Translations under genes and position numbers: made by a program
Part shown: positions 20,945 through 30,538 of the stretch, piece after piece
Layout: the number at the start of each line of letters is the position of its first letter
Position numbering within the stretch: the stretch's first letter is position 1
DNA from: Candidatus Cloacimonadales bacterium
GTDB lineage: Bacteria > Cloacimonadota > Cloacimonadia > Cloacimonadales > JAFGVF01
Direction of reading: 5' to 3'
DNA: 64,000 nt
Assembly: GCA_963663475.2 (NCBI GenBank)
Contig: CAXXJV010000001.1
Span: forward strand, 2,592,001 to 2,656,000
The notes under the pieces: generated by a model
What the model was told of the DNA's origin: nothing
Databases searched by the model: none
Seen by the model: only the letters and a program-made list of their open reading frames with translations

Positions 20945-21886
20945 ATGGAAATAAGTTATGATAATGTTTTAAGGTATTCAAATCAAATTGCTAGTCGCTT
21001 TATAAAAGACAGAAATGTTACCGAGGAAATAGCTCAATTAGCAGCAATTCAGTATTTTCTGAACAAGGAAAAAATTAATAAAGAGAAAACAGATAACTGG
21101 CTCTTCACTGTTACTAAGAATTTTTGTTTAAAAAGAATTAAGCAAGCAAAAGAAAATCATGAAATTTTATTAGAATCAAAAATATTAGATAATATTGCAG
21201 ATAATAGTCCTCAGTATTATGAAGAAGAAGAAATAGATATCTCAGTTTACGATTTTCTTTCTTATAAAGAGAAATTAATTCTCCAAAGTTATCTTTTGGA
21301 TCATGTATCTTTATCGAATATTGCCAGGAATCATAAGATTGAACTAAAGAAATTAAAAAATCTCATATATCGCTTAACTCAAGAAATTTTACTTTATCAT
21401 AGGATGAAAGAGAAATTTTTTACACCTTCAATTACTGGAACCAAGATGAATCATGCTATCTATTATTCAGTCCAAAAACTTAAAAAGTCATTAGAGAACA
21501 ATGAATTAGATAAATATATCAAGTCCTTACATGATTGTAAGATTAACCCCAATTTTGATAAGATAAAAATTAAATGTCTTTTAAAAATCAGTATTGATTT
21601 TGGAGGGAAAGAATACAATCAGGCAATAATATTCTATCAAAATTTTGACAATCTAACCCAAGCCTTTCTTTTTAAATTTGTTTTCACCAAGCAGAATAAG
21701 CTAAAAATTATTGAAATTCCAATCATGCCAACACTGCTAGCAACCTGTAAAAAGGAAGATGCGCCACCTGAACTAAAACGAGAAATCAAAAGCCCAATAA
21801 AAAAAGGAAAAAGTAAAATATCCTGGGCATTAATAGATCAATTAATTGAAAAGAAAACCTTGAATGTAGTTCAAAAAGGAGATTAA
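20945..21886 (+). CDS. ECF-like sigma-70 family factor with C-terminal extension (paralog of 11714-12664)
   Basis: EEIAQLAAIQYF...DNWLFTVTKNFC; shared extension motifs SI.GTK, DCKIN, KI.IDF, IIFY.NF.N, E.PI.P. Confidence 0.7.
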   Translation: MEISYDNVLRYSNQIASRFIKDRNVTEEIAQLAAIQYFLNKEKINKEKTDNWLFTVTKNFCLKRIKQAKENHEILLESKILDNIADNSPQYYEEEEIDISVYDFLSYKEKLILQSYLLDHVSLSNIARNHKIELKKLKNLIYRLTQEILLYHRMKEKFFTPSITGTKMNHAIYYSVQKLKKSLENNELDKYIKSLHDCKINPNFDKIKIKCLLKISIDFGGKEYNQAIIFYQNFDNLTQAFLFKFVFTKQNKLKIIEIPIMPTLLATCKKEDAPPELKREIKSPIKKGKSKISWALIDQLIEKKTLNVVQKGD

Positions 21887-22543
21887 TTATGGTTCCAAAC
21901 CTGGAATAGTAATTTGGCTACAAGGTCCATATGACAACCTGTGATGTTTACATACACCATGCAAATTTATTGCTTGAACATGTTCCTTAGTAGGATAACC
22001 TTTATTTCTTAACCAATTATAGTGAGGGAAATCATTATGTAGTTTTTGCATAATCCTGTCTCTAGTAACCTTGGCTAAAACAGAAGCACCGGCAATAGAA
22101 AAGTAGTTAGAATCGCCCTTTATAACAAACCTAGCTTTCTCCTGATTACGAGGTGGAAGTTTATTTCCATCAATGAGAGCAATCTCCCACTTCTTAGCGA
22201 GTGATTCAAGAGCTCTGTCCATTCCTTCCAGAGTAGCATTGAGTATATTGAGTTTATCTATCTCCCCAGGCTCAATTTGGACTATTGAATAAGCTTTTGC
22301 ATATTTTATGATATACGGGTAAAGTTTGTCTCTTTTCTTCTCAGAAATAGCTTTTGAGTCATTCAAACTTGATAGGAGGTAATCAACTTCTGGATTTGCT
22401 ATCTTGGTAAGCTCTTCAAGGTCGAAGATTACTGCAGAGCAGACTACTGGACCAGCCAATGGGCCACGTCCAGCTTCATCTACTCCACAAATACTTTTAT
22501 ATTCTTGATACAGTTCAAGTTCATTGCTTATCAGTTTATTCAT
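21887..22543 (-). CDS. rnhB: Ribonuclease HII
   Basis: GVDEAGRGPLAGPV, LNDSK, IDGN, KGD, ASVLAKVTRD, KGYPT. Confidence 0.97.
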   Translation of the reverse strand: MNKLISNELELYQEYKSICGVDEAGRGPLAGPVVCSAVIFDLEELTKIANPEVDYLLSSLNDSKAISEKKRDKLYPYIIKYAKAYSIVQIEPGEIDKLNILNATLEGMDRALESLAKKWEIALIDGNKLPPRNQEKARFVIKGDSNYFSIAGASVLAKVTRDRIMQKLHNDFPHYNWLRNKGYPTKEHVQAINLHGVCKHHRLSYGPCSQITIPGLEP

Positions 22544-24246
22544 TTTTGCACTATAAAATAGATACGAGCAAATCTCTCATCTAAGTCTTCTGGATAGTAA
22601 TTTAGTAAGTTTAAGTTATCTGTTCCATTATAGATAGCCAATATTTCTAAACCAGATTCTTCAATTAGTGCTCTTATCTTCCTAACAGGATATATTTTCT
22701 GATAATGTGTCTCTGAGAAATTTTGATAAAAACTCTTATTCTTCTTAAAAATATCTAAGTAAGATTTCTGAGTTTCATTATCTGGATCCCAGTCACTTGT
22801 ATGTAAGACTTTATACTTATCATACTCTTCATAATTAATAAAACCATCAAGATTTTCTTCACTATTGAAGATTGTAGAAATATCAAAGATGAAGAGTCCT
22901 TTAGGATTTAAAGCAGAATAGACATTTTGCAAGAGATTTAGAAGAAATTTATCTTCTAAAAGATAGTTGATACTATCAAACACACAGACAGCTAAATCCA
23001 GCTTATCAACAGGAAGAGGGTCTAGCATATTATGTCTAAAGAGCTTAATATCTCGAGATTTCTTTTCAGCTATATGCAGCATTATCTCAGAGATATCTCC
23101 CCCCATTACTTGTCTTTGGTCACGAACTAATCTTCGACATATCTCTCCAGTTCCGCAAGCAATTTCAAAGATTCTGTTAGTTTTTATCTTAGCAAATTGA
23201 TCTATCCAGACATTTATCTTAGCAGCCCATTGATCATAATTAACATGTGCCATATAATGGTCATAAAAATTACTAAACTCACCATATTCTTTGCTTAATT
23301 TATGATGCTGTGATAGTTTCTCTTCCACCCAATAAAGAGCTGACTGCATAGAAGAGAAGTCAGCACAATCTTGGCCAGCAATATCAAAGGCAGTTCCATG
23401 TTCAGCAGAAGCCCTATAAACAGGTAAACCTAGTGTTACATTGACTCCTTTTCCCCCAGCCAACATCTTAAATGGAATCAAACCTTGATCATGGTAAGCT
23501 GATATTATGAAATCATAATCCTCCCGATTATAAGAGAAGAAGGTATCAGCTGGGAAGGGACCATCTATTTTAATATCCTCTTGACCAAGCTCATCTAGAA
23601 TTTCTTTAAACATAAGATCAGTATTACCAAAAGCTCCATTCTCACCCGCATGTGGATTTTTAGCCAACAAGGCTATCTTAGGTCTATCCATCAATTTATG
23701 AACTTCTCGGTAAATAAGCTTGAGTTTAGCCAAGCAATATTCAGGGGTAAGCACTTTTTCCAGTTGATGAAGAGGTAAATGAGTTGTTAAAAGGCCTAGT
23801 TTAATATCATCAGACCAGAAGGTCATTGCCACATTTTCAACATCTAATTTACTCTGCAAAAACTCAGTATGCCCTATGAAATCATAACCTGCTTCTCTAA
23901 TATGTTTTTTGGAAACAGGGGCAGTTACAATGCCATGCAGACTCTTATTGTTAACATCTTCAGCAAGTCTTTCCAAAATTTCTATAGCCAGCCTACCACT
24001 TTCTGCACAAGGTTTTCCTAGATTTAGCTCAGGATTATCAATCTCAATATGATATATTCTCCCACCTTCTTTTACTTGTGAGACATGACTTATCTTGGTA
24101 ACTTGATGACCATTAGGACATGCTAAGACTTTGCCATAAACAAGCAAGGCTGTATCAGCAAGAAGATTATGATAACGCAGTGATTTGCTAGTAACTTCAG
24201 GTCCAATCCCTGTCGGATCACCTGTAGAGATACCAATAATTTTCAC
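22540..24246 (-). CDS. pdxA: 4-hydroxythreonine-4-phosphate dehydrogenase PdxA fused to a C-terminal class I SAM-dependent methyltransferase
   Basis: GDPTGIGPE, GHTEFL, NPHAGE, YHDQG and HGTAFDIAG, followed in frame by YDHYM..VNYD, EIACGTG, DSINYL and LNPKGLFIFD. Confidence 0.9.
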   Translation of the reverse strand: MKIIGISTGDPTGIGPEVTSKSLRYHNLLADTALLVYGKVLACPNGHQVTKISHVSQVKEGGRIYHIEIDNPELNLGKPCAESGRLAIEILERLAEDVNNKSLHGIVTAPVSKKHIREAGYDFIGHTEFLQSKLDVENVAMTFWSDDIKLGLLTTHLPLHQLEKVLTPEYCLAKLKLIYREVHKLMDRPKIALLAKNPHAGENGAFGNTDLMFKEILDELGQEDIKIDGPFPADTFFSYNREDYDFIISAYHDQGLIPFKMLAGGKGVNVTLGLPVYRASAEHGTAFDIAGQDCADFSSMQSALYWVEEKLSQHHKLSKEYGEFSNFYDHYMAHVNYDQWAAKINVWIDQFAKIKTNRIFEIACGTGEICRRLVRDQRQVMGGDISEIMLHIAEKKSRDIKLFRHNMLDPLPVDKLDLAVCVFDSINYLLEDKFLLNLLQNVYSALNPKGLFIFDISTIFNSEENLDGFINYEEYDKYKVLHTSDWDPDNETQKSYLDIFKKNKSFYQNFSETHYQKIYPVRKIRALIEESGLEILAIYNGTDNLNLLNYYPEDLDERFARIYFIVQK

Positions 24247-25034
24247 TATTTATCGCTCCTACCAGGTTTAGTTAAAGGGATAGCTTGCTTACAAAGAGGA
24301 CATTCTTCAGGATCCCAGCTCTTAGCATCAACAGTCAGCATTGCTTCTACTGGTACACCAAAATCAATAGTCCCATTAGACCTATCAACTAGCAATCCCA
24401 CACCTATGCACTGCATTCCTTTTTCCTTGAGAAGGTCCATAACTTCAAAGATTGAGCCACCAGTAGTAGTAACATCTTCTATGATAAGAGCCTTCATTCC
24501 AGCTTTTACATCAAAACCTGAACGGAAGGTCATTTTTCCCTCATTACGTTGGGAGAAGGCGAAAGGTTTCTTGAGATATTTTGCAACTTCAAAACCTAAG
24601 ACAATAGCACCATAAGCAGGTCCTATCACAATATCCACATCTTCATCTGCAAATCGTTCTGCTAAGGCTTTACAAATTGTAGAACACTTTTCTGGATCTT
24701 GGATTATTTTTATCTTTTCAAAATACTGGTTACTATGCTTTCCTGAGGTTAGAAGAAAGTGTCCATCAAGCTTTGCACCTGCTTCTGTTAGCATCCTATC
24801 AGTGATATAAGCATCTCCAATATCTTCAATAAATTCTTCTGCACCTTCATATTCTTCTTGAGGGACTTGCAGTTCAATCATCATATAGTCATTACCAGCA
24901 ATGCCAGGTAAGTTGGAAGCTGTGTATTCATTAAGTAGATTAACAGTAAAATCATTCTCTTCTAATAGTTCTTTAACTAGTTCAGCTTCAAACAAACTGG
25001 AAAAACTTTTTAAAGTCTTGAAATTGTTACTCAT
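24246..25034 (-). CDS. pyrE: Orotate phosphoribosyltransferase with N-terminal DUF2007-like domain
   Basis: GHFLLTSGKHS, IIEDVTTTGGS PRPP motif, CPLC..KPG tail; extra ~70-aa N-terminal FSSLFEAELVKELLEE...LQVPQEE. Confidence 0.9.
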   Translation of the reverse strand: MSNNFKTLKSFSSLFEAELVKELLEENDFTVNLLNEYTASNLPGIAGNDYMMIELQVPQEEYEGAEEFIEDIGDAYITDRMLTEAGAKLDGHFLLTSGKHSNQYFEKIKIIQDPEKCSTICKALAERFADEDVDIVIGPAYGAIVLGFEVAKYLKKPFAFSQRNEGKMTFRSGFDVKAGMKALIIEDVTTTGGSIFEVMDLLKEKGMQCIGVGLLVDRSNGTIDFGVPVEAMLTVDAKSWDPEECPLCKQAIPLTKPGRSDK

Positions 25035-25080
25035 CTTTCCTCCAAATCTCTTTTTAAAATTCTTATTTATCTAAAAATAT

Positions 25081-25100
25081 GGGGACTAATCAAAGTCCCC
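25081..25100 (-). terminator. Rho-independent terminator-like hairpin GGGGAC/GTCCCC
   Basis: Stem followed by a T-rich tract on the minus strand, downstream of the aminotransferase gene. Confidence 0.65.
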
Positions 25101-25130
25101 ACTCTCTTCTTATATTATATACATTTATTA

Positions 25131-26330
25131 CTATTTTGCAAGTTTCTTATACTCTGCAAGTCCACTTTTAAAAATAGCCATTGCTTTTCTAAGATCAGCT
25201 TCATTTAAGATATAGGCAAATCTAACTTCATTTAATCCCATATTTGGGGTTGCATAGAAACCTGTAGCAGGAGCAAACATAACTGTTTCATTATCAACAC
25301 TATATTCTTCAAGCATCCATTGAGTGAAGTCTTCAGCATTTTCAATAGGAAGCTTGGCTACAATATAGAAAGCTCCTTCTGGCTTAATACAAACCACACC
25401 ATCAATAGTTTGGAGTTCATTGAAGACAATATCTCTTCTCTTGCAATACTCGTCTTTTATATCATTTATATATTTTTCATCTAAATAGACACATGCTTCT
25501 CCAGCTTTCTGATCAATAGTTGGAGGACATAATCTAGCTTGAGCAAGCTTCAAGACAGCAGTCATTAATTCCTTATTTTTAGAAACAATACAACCAATTC
25601 TAGCTCCACAAGCACTGTATCTCTTAGAAATAGAATCAACAATAATTGCATGTTCTTCTATTCCTTCTACTTCCATGATACTAGTTGATTTTAATCCATC
25701 ATAAACAAATTCACGGTAAACTTCATCTGAAATAACAAATAAATTATGCTTTTTAGCTATATCTGCAACCATCTCTATAGTTTCACGTGAGTAAACTTTC
25801 CCAGTAGGATTACCAGGATTACATATCATAAAGGCCTTTGTCTTAGCAGTGATTAACTTTTCAATTTCCTCTCTACTTGGTAAAGCAAAACCAGTCTCTG
25901 CATAGGTTGTGATAGGATTAAGTTTGACACCTGCTATTGATGCAAAACCATTATAATTTGTATAGAATGGCTCTGGTACTAGTATTTCATCTCCAGGATT
26001 ACAGGTAGCTAACATAGCAAAAATAATTGCCTCTGAACCAGCAGTTGTAACAATTACATCATCTACACTAATATTAATATTATTCTTACCATAGTAACTT
26101 ACTAATGCCTTACGGTAAGAAGCTAAACCTTGAGAAGGTCCATAACTTAAAATCTTATCACTAAAATTGTGAAAAACATCCATCATCTCTTTAGGAGTCT
26201 CAATATCAGGTTGCCCGATATTTAAATGATAAATCTTGATTCCTCTGGCTTTTGCTGCATCGGAATAAGGCAAGAACTTCCTGATTGGAGAAGCTTGCAT
26301 AGAATCAACACGATGTGAAATATTCATCAT
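25131..26330 (-). CDS. PLP-dependent class I/II aminotransferase (aspartate aminotransferase-like)
   Basis: LNIGQPD, CNPGNPTG, SDEVY, SISKRYSACGARIG. Confidence 0.93.
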   Translation of the reverse strand: MMNISHRVDSMQASPIRKFLPYSDAAKARGIKIYHLNIGQPDIETPKEMMDVFHNFSDKILSYGPSQGLASYRKALVSYYGKNNINISVDDVIVTTAGSEAIIFAMLATCNPGDEILVPEPFYTNYNGFASIAGVKLNPITTYAETGFALPSREEIEKLITAKTKAFMICNPGNPTGKVYSRETIEMVADIAKKHNLFVISDEVYREFVYDGLKSTSIMEVEGIEEHAIIVDSISKRYSACGARIGCIVSKNKELMTAVLKLAQARLCPPTIDQKAGEACVYLDEKYINDIKDEYCKRRDIVFNELQTIDGVVCIKPEGAFYIVAKLPIENAEDFTQWMLEEYSVDNETVMFAPATGFYATPNMGLNEVRFAYILNEADLRKAMAIFKSGLAEYKKLAK

Positions 26331-26420
26331 TCACCTCTATAATATTATTTTTAGGTCATGAAATTTATCTCGATAAATATGGCAAGAAAAATCGCTAGTA
26401 TTTATTTGCCTTAAGCCCAA

Positions 26421-26505
26421 AGAGTGACGGGAGTTGCTCACGGAGTAGCGACTTCCGACAATCTTCACCCGAAGTCCCTTGCCTAGAGTTGATGAAGTCT
26501 GATCT
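26421..26505. repeat. REP-like unit GAGTGACGGGAGTTGCT.ACGGAGTAGCGACTTCCG plus AAGTCCCTT unit
   Basis: Same units at 49771-49841 and 49976-50003. Confidence 0.75.
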
Positions 26506-26641
26506 ACTTGAAAGATTTCAAGTGCCTCTATAATATTTAAGAGGACATTTTTGCTAATTTGGTCCACTTTTTAAAAAAAAGATTAAAAAAAATGAAAATT
26601 ACTCTCATTTGGCTATATTTTCAGTAATCATCCATAATCCA

Positions 26642-26694
26642 TCCTTTACAGTCTTTCGATGAAAGTCCCACTTTCATCGAAAGACTGTAAAGGA
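26642..26694. repeat. Perfect 25-bp inverted repeat with 3-nt loop
   Basis: TCCTTTACAGTCTTTCGATGAAAGT-CCC-ACTTTCATCGAAAGACTGTAAAGGA. Confidence 0.9.
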
Positions 26695-26811
26695 AGGGTA
26701 TAGGATGGTATAAGCTAATTAACCCAGGTGCTGCTGAAGGATTTTAGCCAAGATTGCGGATTTTTCTAGGAAAATAAGTTGCTGGATTTGAGGGTAAATA
26801 ATCTTCTACTT

Positions 26812-26975
26812 GATATAGTAGAAAGAATTCTTATAGAAAATAATAAGAATTTTATGAGCATCTCAAATTTAATGGTTTATAAATTATATGAACTGACATA
26901 CGGAGAAGTTTCAATAATGGAACTAAAATCATGATTTGCAAAGAAAAATATAATAATCTTAACCTTGAGAAGATA
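26812..26975 (+). pseudogene. Decayed 3' end of a type IIG (Eco57I-like) restriction-modification gene
   Basis: MVYKLYELTYGEVSIM from 26872, then frameshifted KEKYNNLNLE; resembles the typical 'ID.MVYKLYELT.EEV.I' C-terminus of such proteins. Confidence 0.5.
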
Positions 26976-27001
26976 TCAAAAATGACTGAGAATATATAAA
27001 T

Positions 27002-27748
27002 CTTAAATCCCCAAAAGGGATAAATAATTTAGCCCAGGGTAAAAGCCTGAAAGGCTTGCAACCCTGGGTAAGATGGTTTCCATCTTAGAAATTCCCTGTA
27101 AGGGATGCATAAATAATTTATTTGACAAATAATGATTATTGAATTAATATTGTCAAATTAATATAAGGTGGTAATATCAATGGCACAGTCAGTATCTCAA
27201 ATTTATATGCATCTTGTCTTTTCTACCAAGAATAGAGTACCTTTTTTCAAAAATTCTGATATTCGTGAACAATTATATTCATATATTGCCAAAATAATCT
27301 ACGAAAATGATTCATATCCGATTTGTATTGGTGGGTATGAAGATCATATCCATATTTTTTTCAATTTATCAAAGAATATTTGTCTTAAAGATATAATAGG
27401 AGAGATTAAGAGATCTACTTCTAAATGGATAAAGACTAAGGGTGATGAATATTCAAACTTCTACTGGCAAGCTGGTTATGGGGGATTTTCGGTAGGTCAA
27501 CAACAGAAGCAAAAAACAATCAATTATATTAACAAGCAAAACGAACATCATAAAATAATCTCATTCCAAGAAGAACTCAGAATGTTCATGACGAAAAACA
27601 AAATGGAAATCGATGAACGTTATTTGTGGGATTAATTTATTTAACCCTTTCAGGGTAGAGGCTTTATTTTATGCTGTTGTACCCAGGGTTGCAAGCCTTT
27701 CAGGCTTTTACCCTGGGCTAAATTATTCATCCCCTTTGGGGATATAAG
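27002..27748 (+). mobile_element. IS200/RAYT-like Y1 transposase unit flanked by 69-bp inverted REP-like repeats
   Basis: 27002-27070 and 27680-27748 are near-perfect inverted copies (about 3 mismatches), each containing CCCAGGGT..ACCCTGGG hairpins; no tnpB. Confidence 0.85.
27180..27635 (+). CDS. tnpA: IS200/IS605-family (HUH, Y1) transposase TnpA
   Basis: HLVFSTKNR, DHIH (HUH), K..TSKW, WQAGYGGFSV, YI..Q..HH. Confidence 0.92.
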   Translation: MAQSVSQIYMHLVFSTKNRVPFFKNSDIREQLYSYIAKIIYENDSYPICIGGYEDHIHIFFNLSKNICLKDIIGEIKRSTSKWIKTKGDEYSNFYWQAGYGGFSVGQQQKQKTINYINKQNEHHKIISFQEELRMFMTKNKMEIDERYLWD

Positions 27749-28068
27749 TCATTCTCATCGAGTAATATAGATTATATATCATCAATAATTTTAACAATTT
27801 CATGAGTAGATAAATTATTTAGGTTAAAAGCCTTTATTTCTTTGATTTAAATAATATCTTAATAAACTGCCATTCTATTTTTTCGAATTTTCCCGACAGT
27901 GTCGGTAGAATTTGTTTGTCATAAACTCCTACTCTCCTATTCCCCATGCAAATCATTATAATCAGCCCTCAAATATATCTTAAAATCATCCTTATCATAA
28001 CCAAAATAGTCCAAAAACTTAGAGATAAGTCTTAAGTCTCTTCATTAACGAAATTATTGTTCAAGCCC

Positions 28069-28386
28069 TCACTCCCACTCAATCTCTACTTCATCTTTTT
28101 TATTCTTAAGCTCCCTTTCTGCAATTCTATCTTCTTTCCAGTCTCTAGCATTATGCAAAGCCTCAGCTATTTCTTCCCTATCCTTATCAGTCCATGGCTC
28201 AAATTTAGAATCTATATAAAGCTTTAATAAATCATCTGATAAATTTTCCCAAGTATGAATATCCATACCGATCTCGGAAAGATACTCACCTGACTTATCA
28301 TACACAATAAGCCTTTTCTTTTGACTATCATAATAGAGGGTATTTCCCTGAGTTGCATTCATCTTATCAGCTTCATATTTGTTCAT
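28069..28386 (-). CDS. Hypothetical protein
   Basis: 105-aa ORF with AGGAG RBS; no motif recognised. Confidence 0.6.
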   Translation of the reverse strand: MNKYEADKMNATQGNTLYYDSQKKRLIVYDKSGEYLSEIGMDIHTWENLSDDLLKLYIDSKFEPWTDKDREEIAEALHNARDWKEDRIAERELKNKKDEVEIEWE

Positions 28387-28550
28387 GCTAGCTCCTTTGA
28401 TTTAAACCCAATAATCAGTAGTACCATTCGGGTTATACAAATATCTTCAAATCTAAGTTAACAGAAAAATCACAAAGAATAGTATTCTCTTTGTAGGGAA
28501 AGGCATCAGTAATATTATATTAAAAAAACTTTTAAAAAAATGGATTTTCT

Positions 28551-29261
28551 TTATTTCTTTAAATGAGTATTAAGCTCAGTAACTAACATATCAACTGATG
28601 TCGAGGGATTATTATTATAATATTGTTTGTCAGAACAGATATTTCTTAGTTTTACAGAATTTTGTATAGCAAATTCTTGTCCTTTGCTGTGGTTAGATTC
28701 TTGACCAAGCAAAATCAGATCATTATAAATATTTTTATCATTTTTGATATATTTTTTCCCTAATTTTTGGGAAAGCATCTTTCCAAATTCTGATCTATCA
28801 TAGGCTCGATCAACATAATTAAAATGTAATAAATACCATAGCTCGAAAGCTTGATTACTATATGCAATTTTTAGTTTAATTTTAGTATTTCTAATTCTTT
28901 TTCTTTTGAGGTAATTATTTAATTTATTCTCAATGCTATCAAGTTTCATAAAGCAAGCATTGTAATTGTCTTGAGGAAAATCATCTCTATCCATTACAAT
29001 CCAAATACTTTCATAGATTTCATCTTTATCAAAATGATATTTCCATTTGGTCAAAGCATCATCTAACAAAGTTAATGTATTCTTACCAACTCCTTCAATG
29101 AGAATTTTTACAGAAGCATTTATAGGAAAAGACTTAAAATAGCTTGACTCAGTTTGTCCTTCACAAATAATCATCATACTATCAATCATCTCTTTATTCT
29201 TTCTATTAGAATCTCTTGTAATTTTCTTTTTCTTCTTATGAAAAAAATCATCACTTCCCAT
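28551..29261 (-). CDS. rloB: RloB-family protein
   Basis: IICEG.TE..YF, WIVMDRD, SNQAFELWYLLHF, NPSTSV..LV. Confidence 0.9.
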   Translation of the reverse strand: MGSDDFFHKKKKKITRDSNRKNKEMIDSMMIICEGQTESSYFKSFPINASVKILIEGVGKNTLTLLDDALTKWKYHFDKDEIYESIWIVMDRDDFPQDNYNACFMKLDSIENKLNNYLKRKRIRNTKIKLKIAYSNQAFELWYLLHFNYVDRAYDRSEFGKMLSQKLGKKYIKNDKNIYNDLILLGQESNHSKGQEFAIQNSVKLRNICSDKQYYNNNPSTSVDMLVTELNTHLKK

Positions 29262-30538
29262 TACTCATCCTCCTCGAATAGCGAATTAATATCTGAGATA
29301 TAAGGAATAGCCCCTAGTTTTCCCAATAAATAATCTTTGCTATAAGTAGCATCTTTTCTATAATGTTGAAAATCACTTAAGGAATAGATTGATGAAATTC
29401 CAGATAATGACTTTTCTGTAAAATAGATTTGGTCTCTTCTAAGAATATCCTTATCAAGCAATATCGTATTGTGAGCAGTAGCAATTAGCTGAGCGCAATT
29501 TTTATTGAATGAGGAGTTAAAGAGCTTAATAATAAAAAGTAATAACAGAGGATGCATTTTAGAATCTAATTCATCAATTATTACAATTTCTGACTTGTCC
29601 AAAGCTTCTAGAAGTGGTCCGATGATAGCAAAAAAACGCTTAGTACCTTCAGACTCGTCTTTATAAAAATCAAATTCCACTGTATTTTTTGTCATAATCT
29701 GATTTTCATAAACTTTATGAATAGATTTAAGTTTCTTGATTTTTCTTCTTGTTTTTGCAGAATCATTTTGTGCCTGATTATATAAAAAATCTTCGTCAAG
29801 AACTAAGAAATCTTCAATACCTAAATCTACAACTTTAAGCATATTAAGAATCATTTTCTTTAATCTAGGATTCTCACTTACTGTTTGAGTAACAGTCCAT
29901 AAATTCATATCTCTTATGAAGGTGATATTATTAATTTTTTGAAAAAATCCTTTTACCATTGAGGTAATGTCGTCTTCCTCTCCTTTGATATCTGTCATTA
30001 CTTTTAAAAACATCAATTCTTGATTGATTTTCCCTAAAGTCTTATACACTTTTTTAGCTTCTTTATATTTTGAACCAATCTCAAAGTCATTACCTTTGCG
30101 AATAAACAACATGGATTCTTGAGCAGTAAATCTTCCAAAAAGCCACTCACTTTCAACTACTTCTTTTTTGATCTGAAATCCATATCTAAATTCAAGATAA
30201 TCTAAACTTGATAAAGATGACTTATTTTCTACTAAAAAAACAATTTCAAAAGATGAGGGTTCAGCATCGCAAGCAGAATCTAACTTGAAATTACTTACAA
30301 GCTCATGAGAAGAAGCATCAAGAATCTTACTCTTCATAAAATGTAATGCTTTAAGAAAATTGCTCTTTCCGCTTGCATTAGCTCCAAAGATAATTGCACT
30401 TTTAATGAACTTTTGCTTGTTAGCATCAAATAATGCATCCTTATTCTCTTCAGATGATTTTCTTGAAGAAGCTAACATACTAAAAGTAATTTTGTCTTTA
30501 AAGGAAAGATAGTTTTCAACACTGAATTCAATCAACAT
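29261..30538 (-). CDS. rloA: RloA-like AAA/ABC ATPase (AAA_21/AbiEii-like)
   Basis: MLIEFSVENYLSFK, GANASGKS, ESEGTKR, IIDELDSKMHP, QLIATAHN, RRDQIYF, YLLGKLGAIP. Confidence 0.88.
   Translation of the reverse strand: MLIEFSVENYLSFKDKITFSMLASSRKSSEENKDALFDANKQKFIKSAIIFGANASGKSNFLKALHFMKSKILDASSHELVSNFKLDSACDAEPSSFEIVFLVENKSSLSSLDYLEFRYGFQIKKEVVESEWLFGRFTAQESMLFIRKGNDFEIGSKYKEAKKVYKTLGKINQELMFLKVMTDIKGEEDDITSMVKGFFQKINNITFIRDMNLWTVTQTVSENPRLKKMILNMLKVVDLGIEDFLVLDEDFLYNQAQNDSAKTRRKIKKLKSIHKVYENQIMTKNTVEFDFYKDESEGTKRFFAIIGPLLEALDKSEIVIIDELDSKMHPLLLLFIIKLFNSSFNKNCAQLIATAHNTILLDKDILRRDQIYFTEKSLSGISSIYSLSDFQHYRKDATYSKDYLLGKLGAIPYISDINSLFEEDE

Noticed and set aside
27860-27925. Palindrome CCGACAGTGTCGG, also readable as QILPTLSGKF (YhcG/DUF1016-like fragment) on the minus strand
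   Set aside because: Too short and interrupted by stops to support either an operator or a pseudogene call
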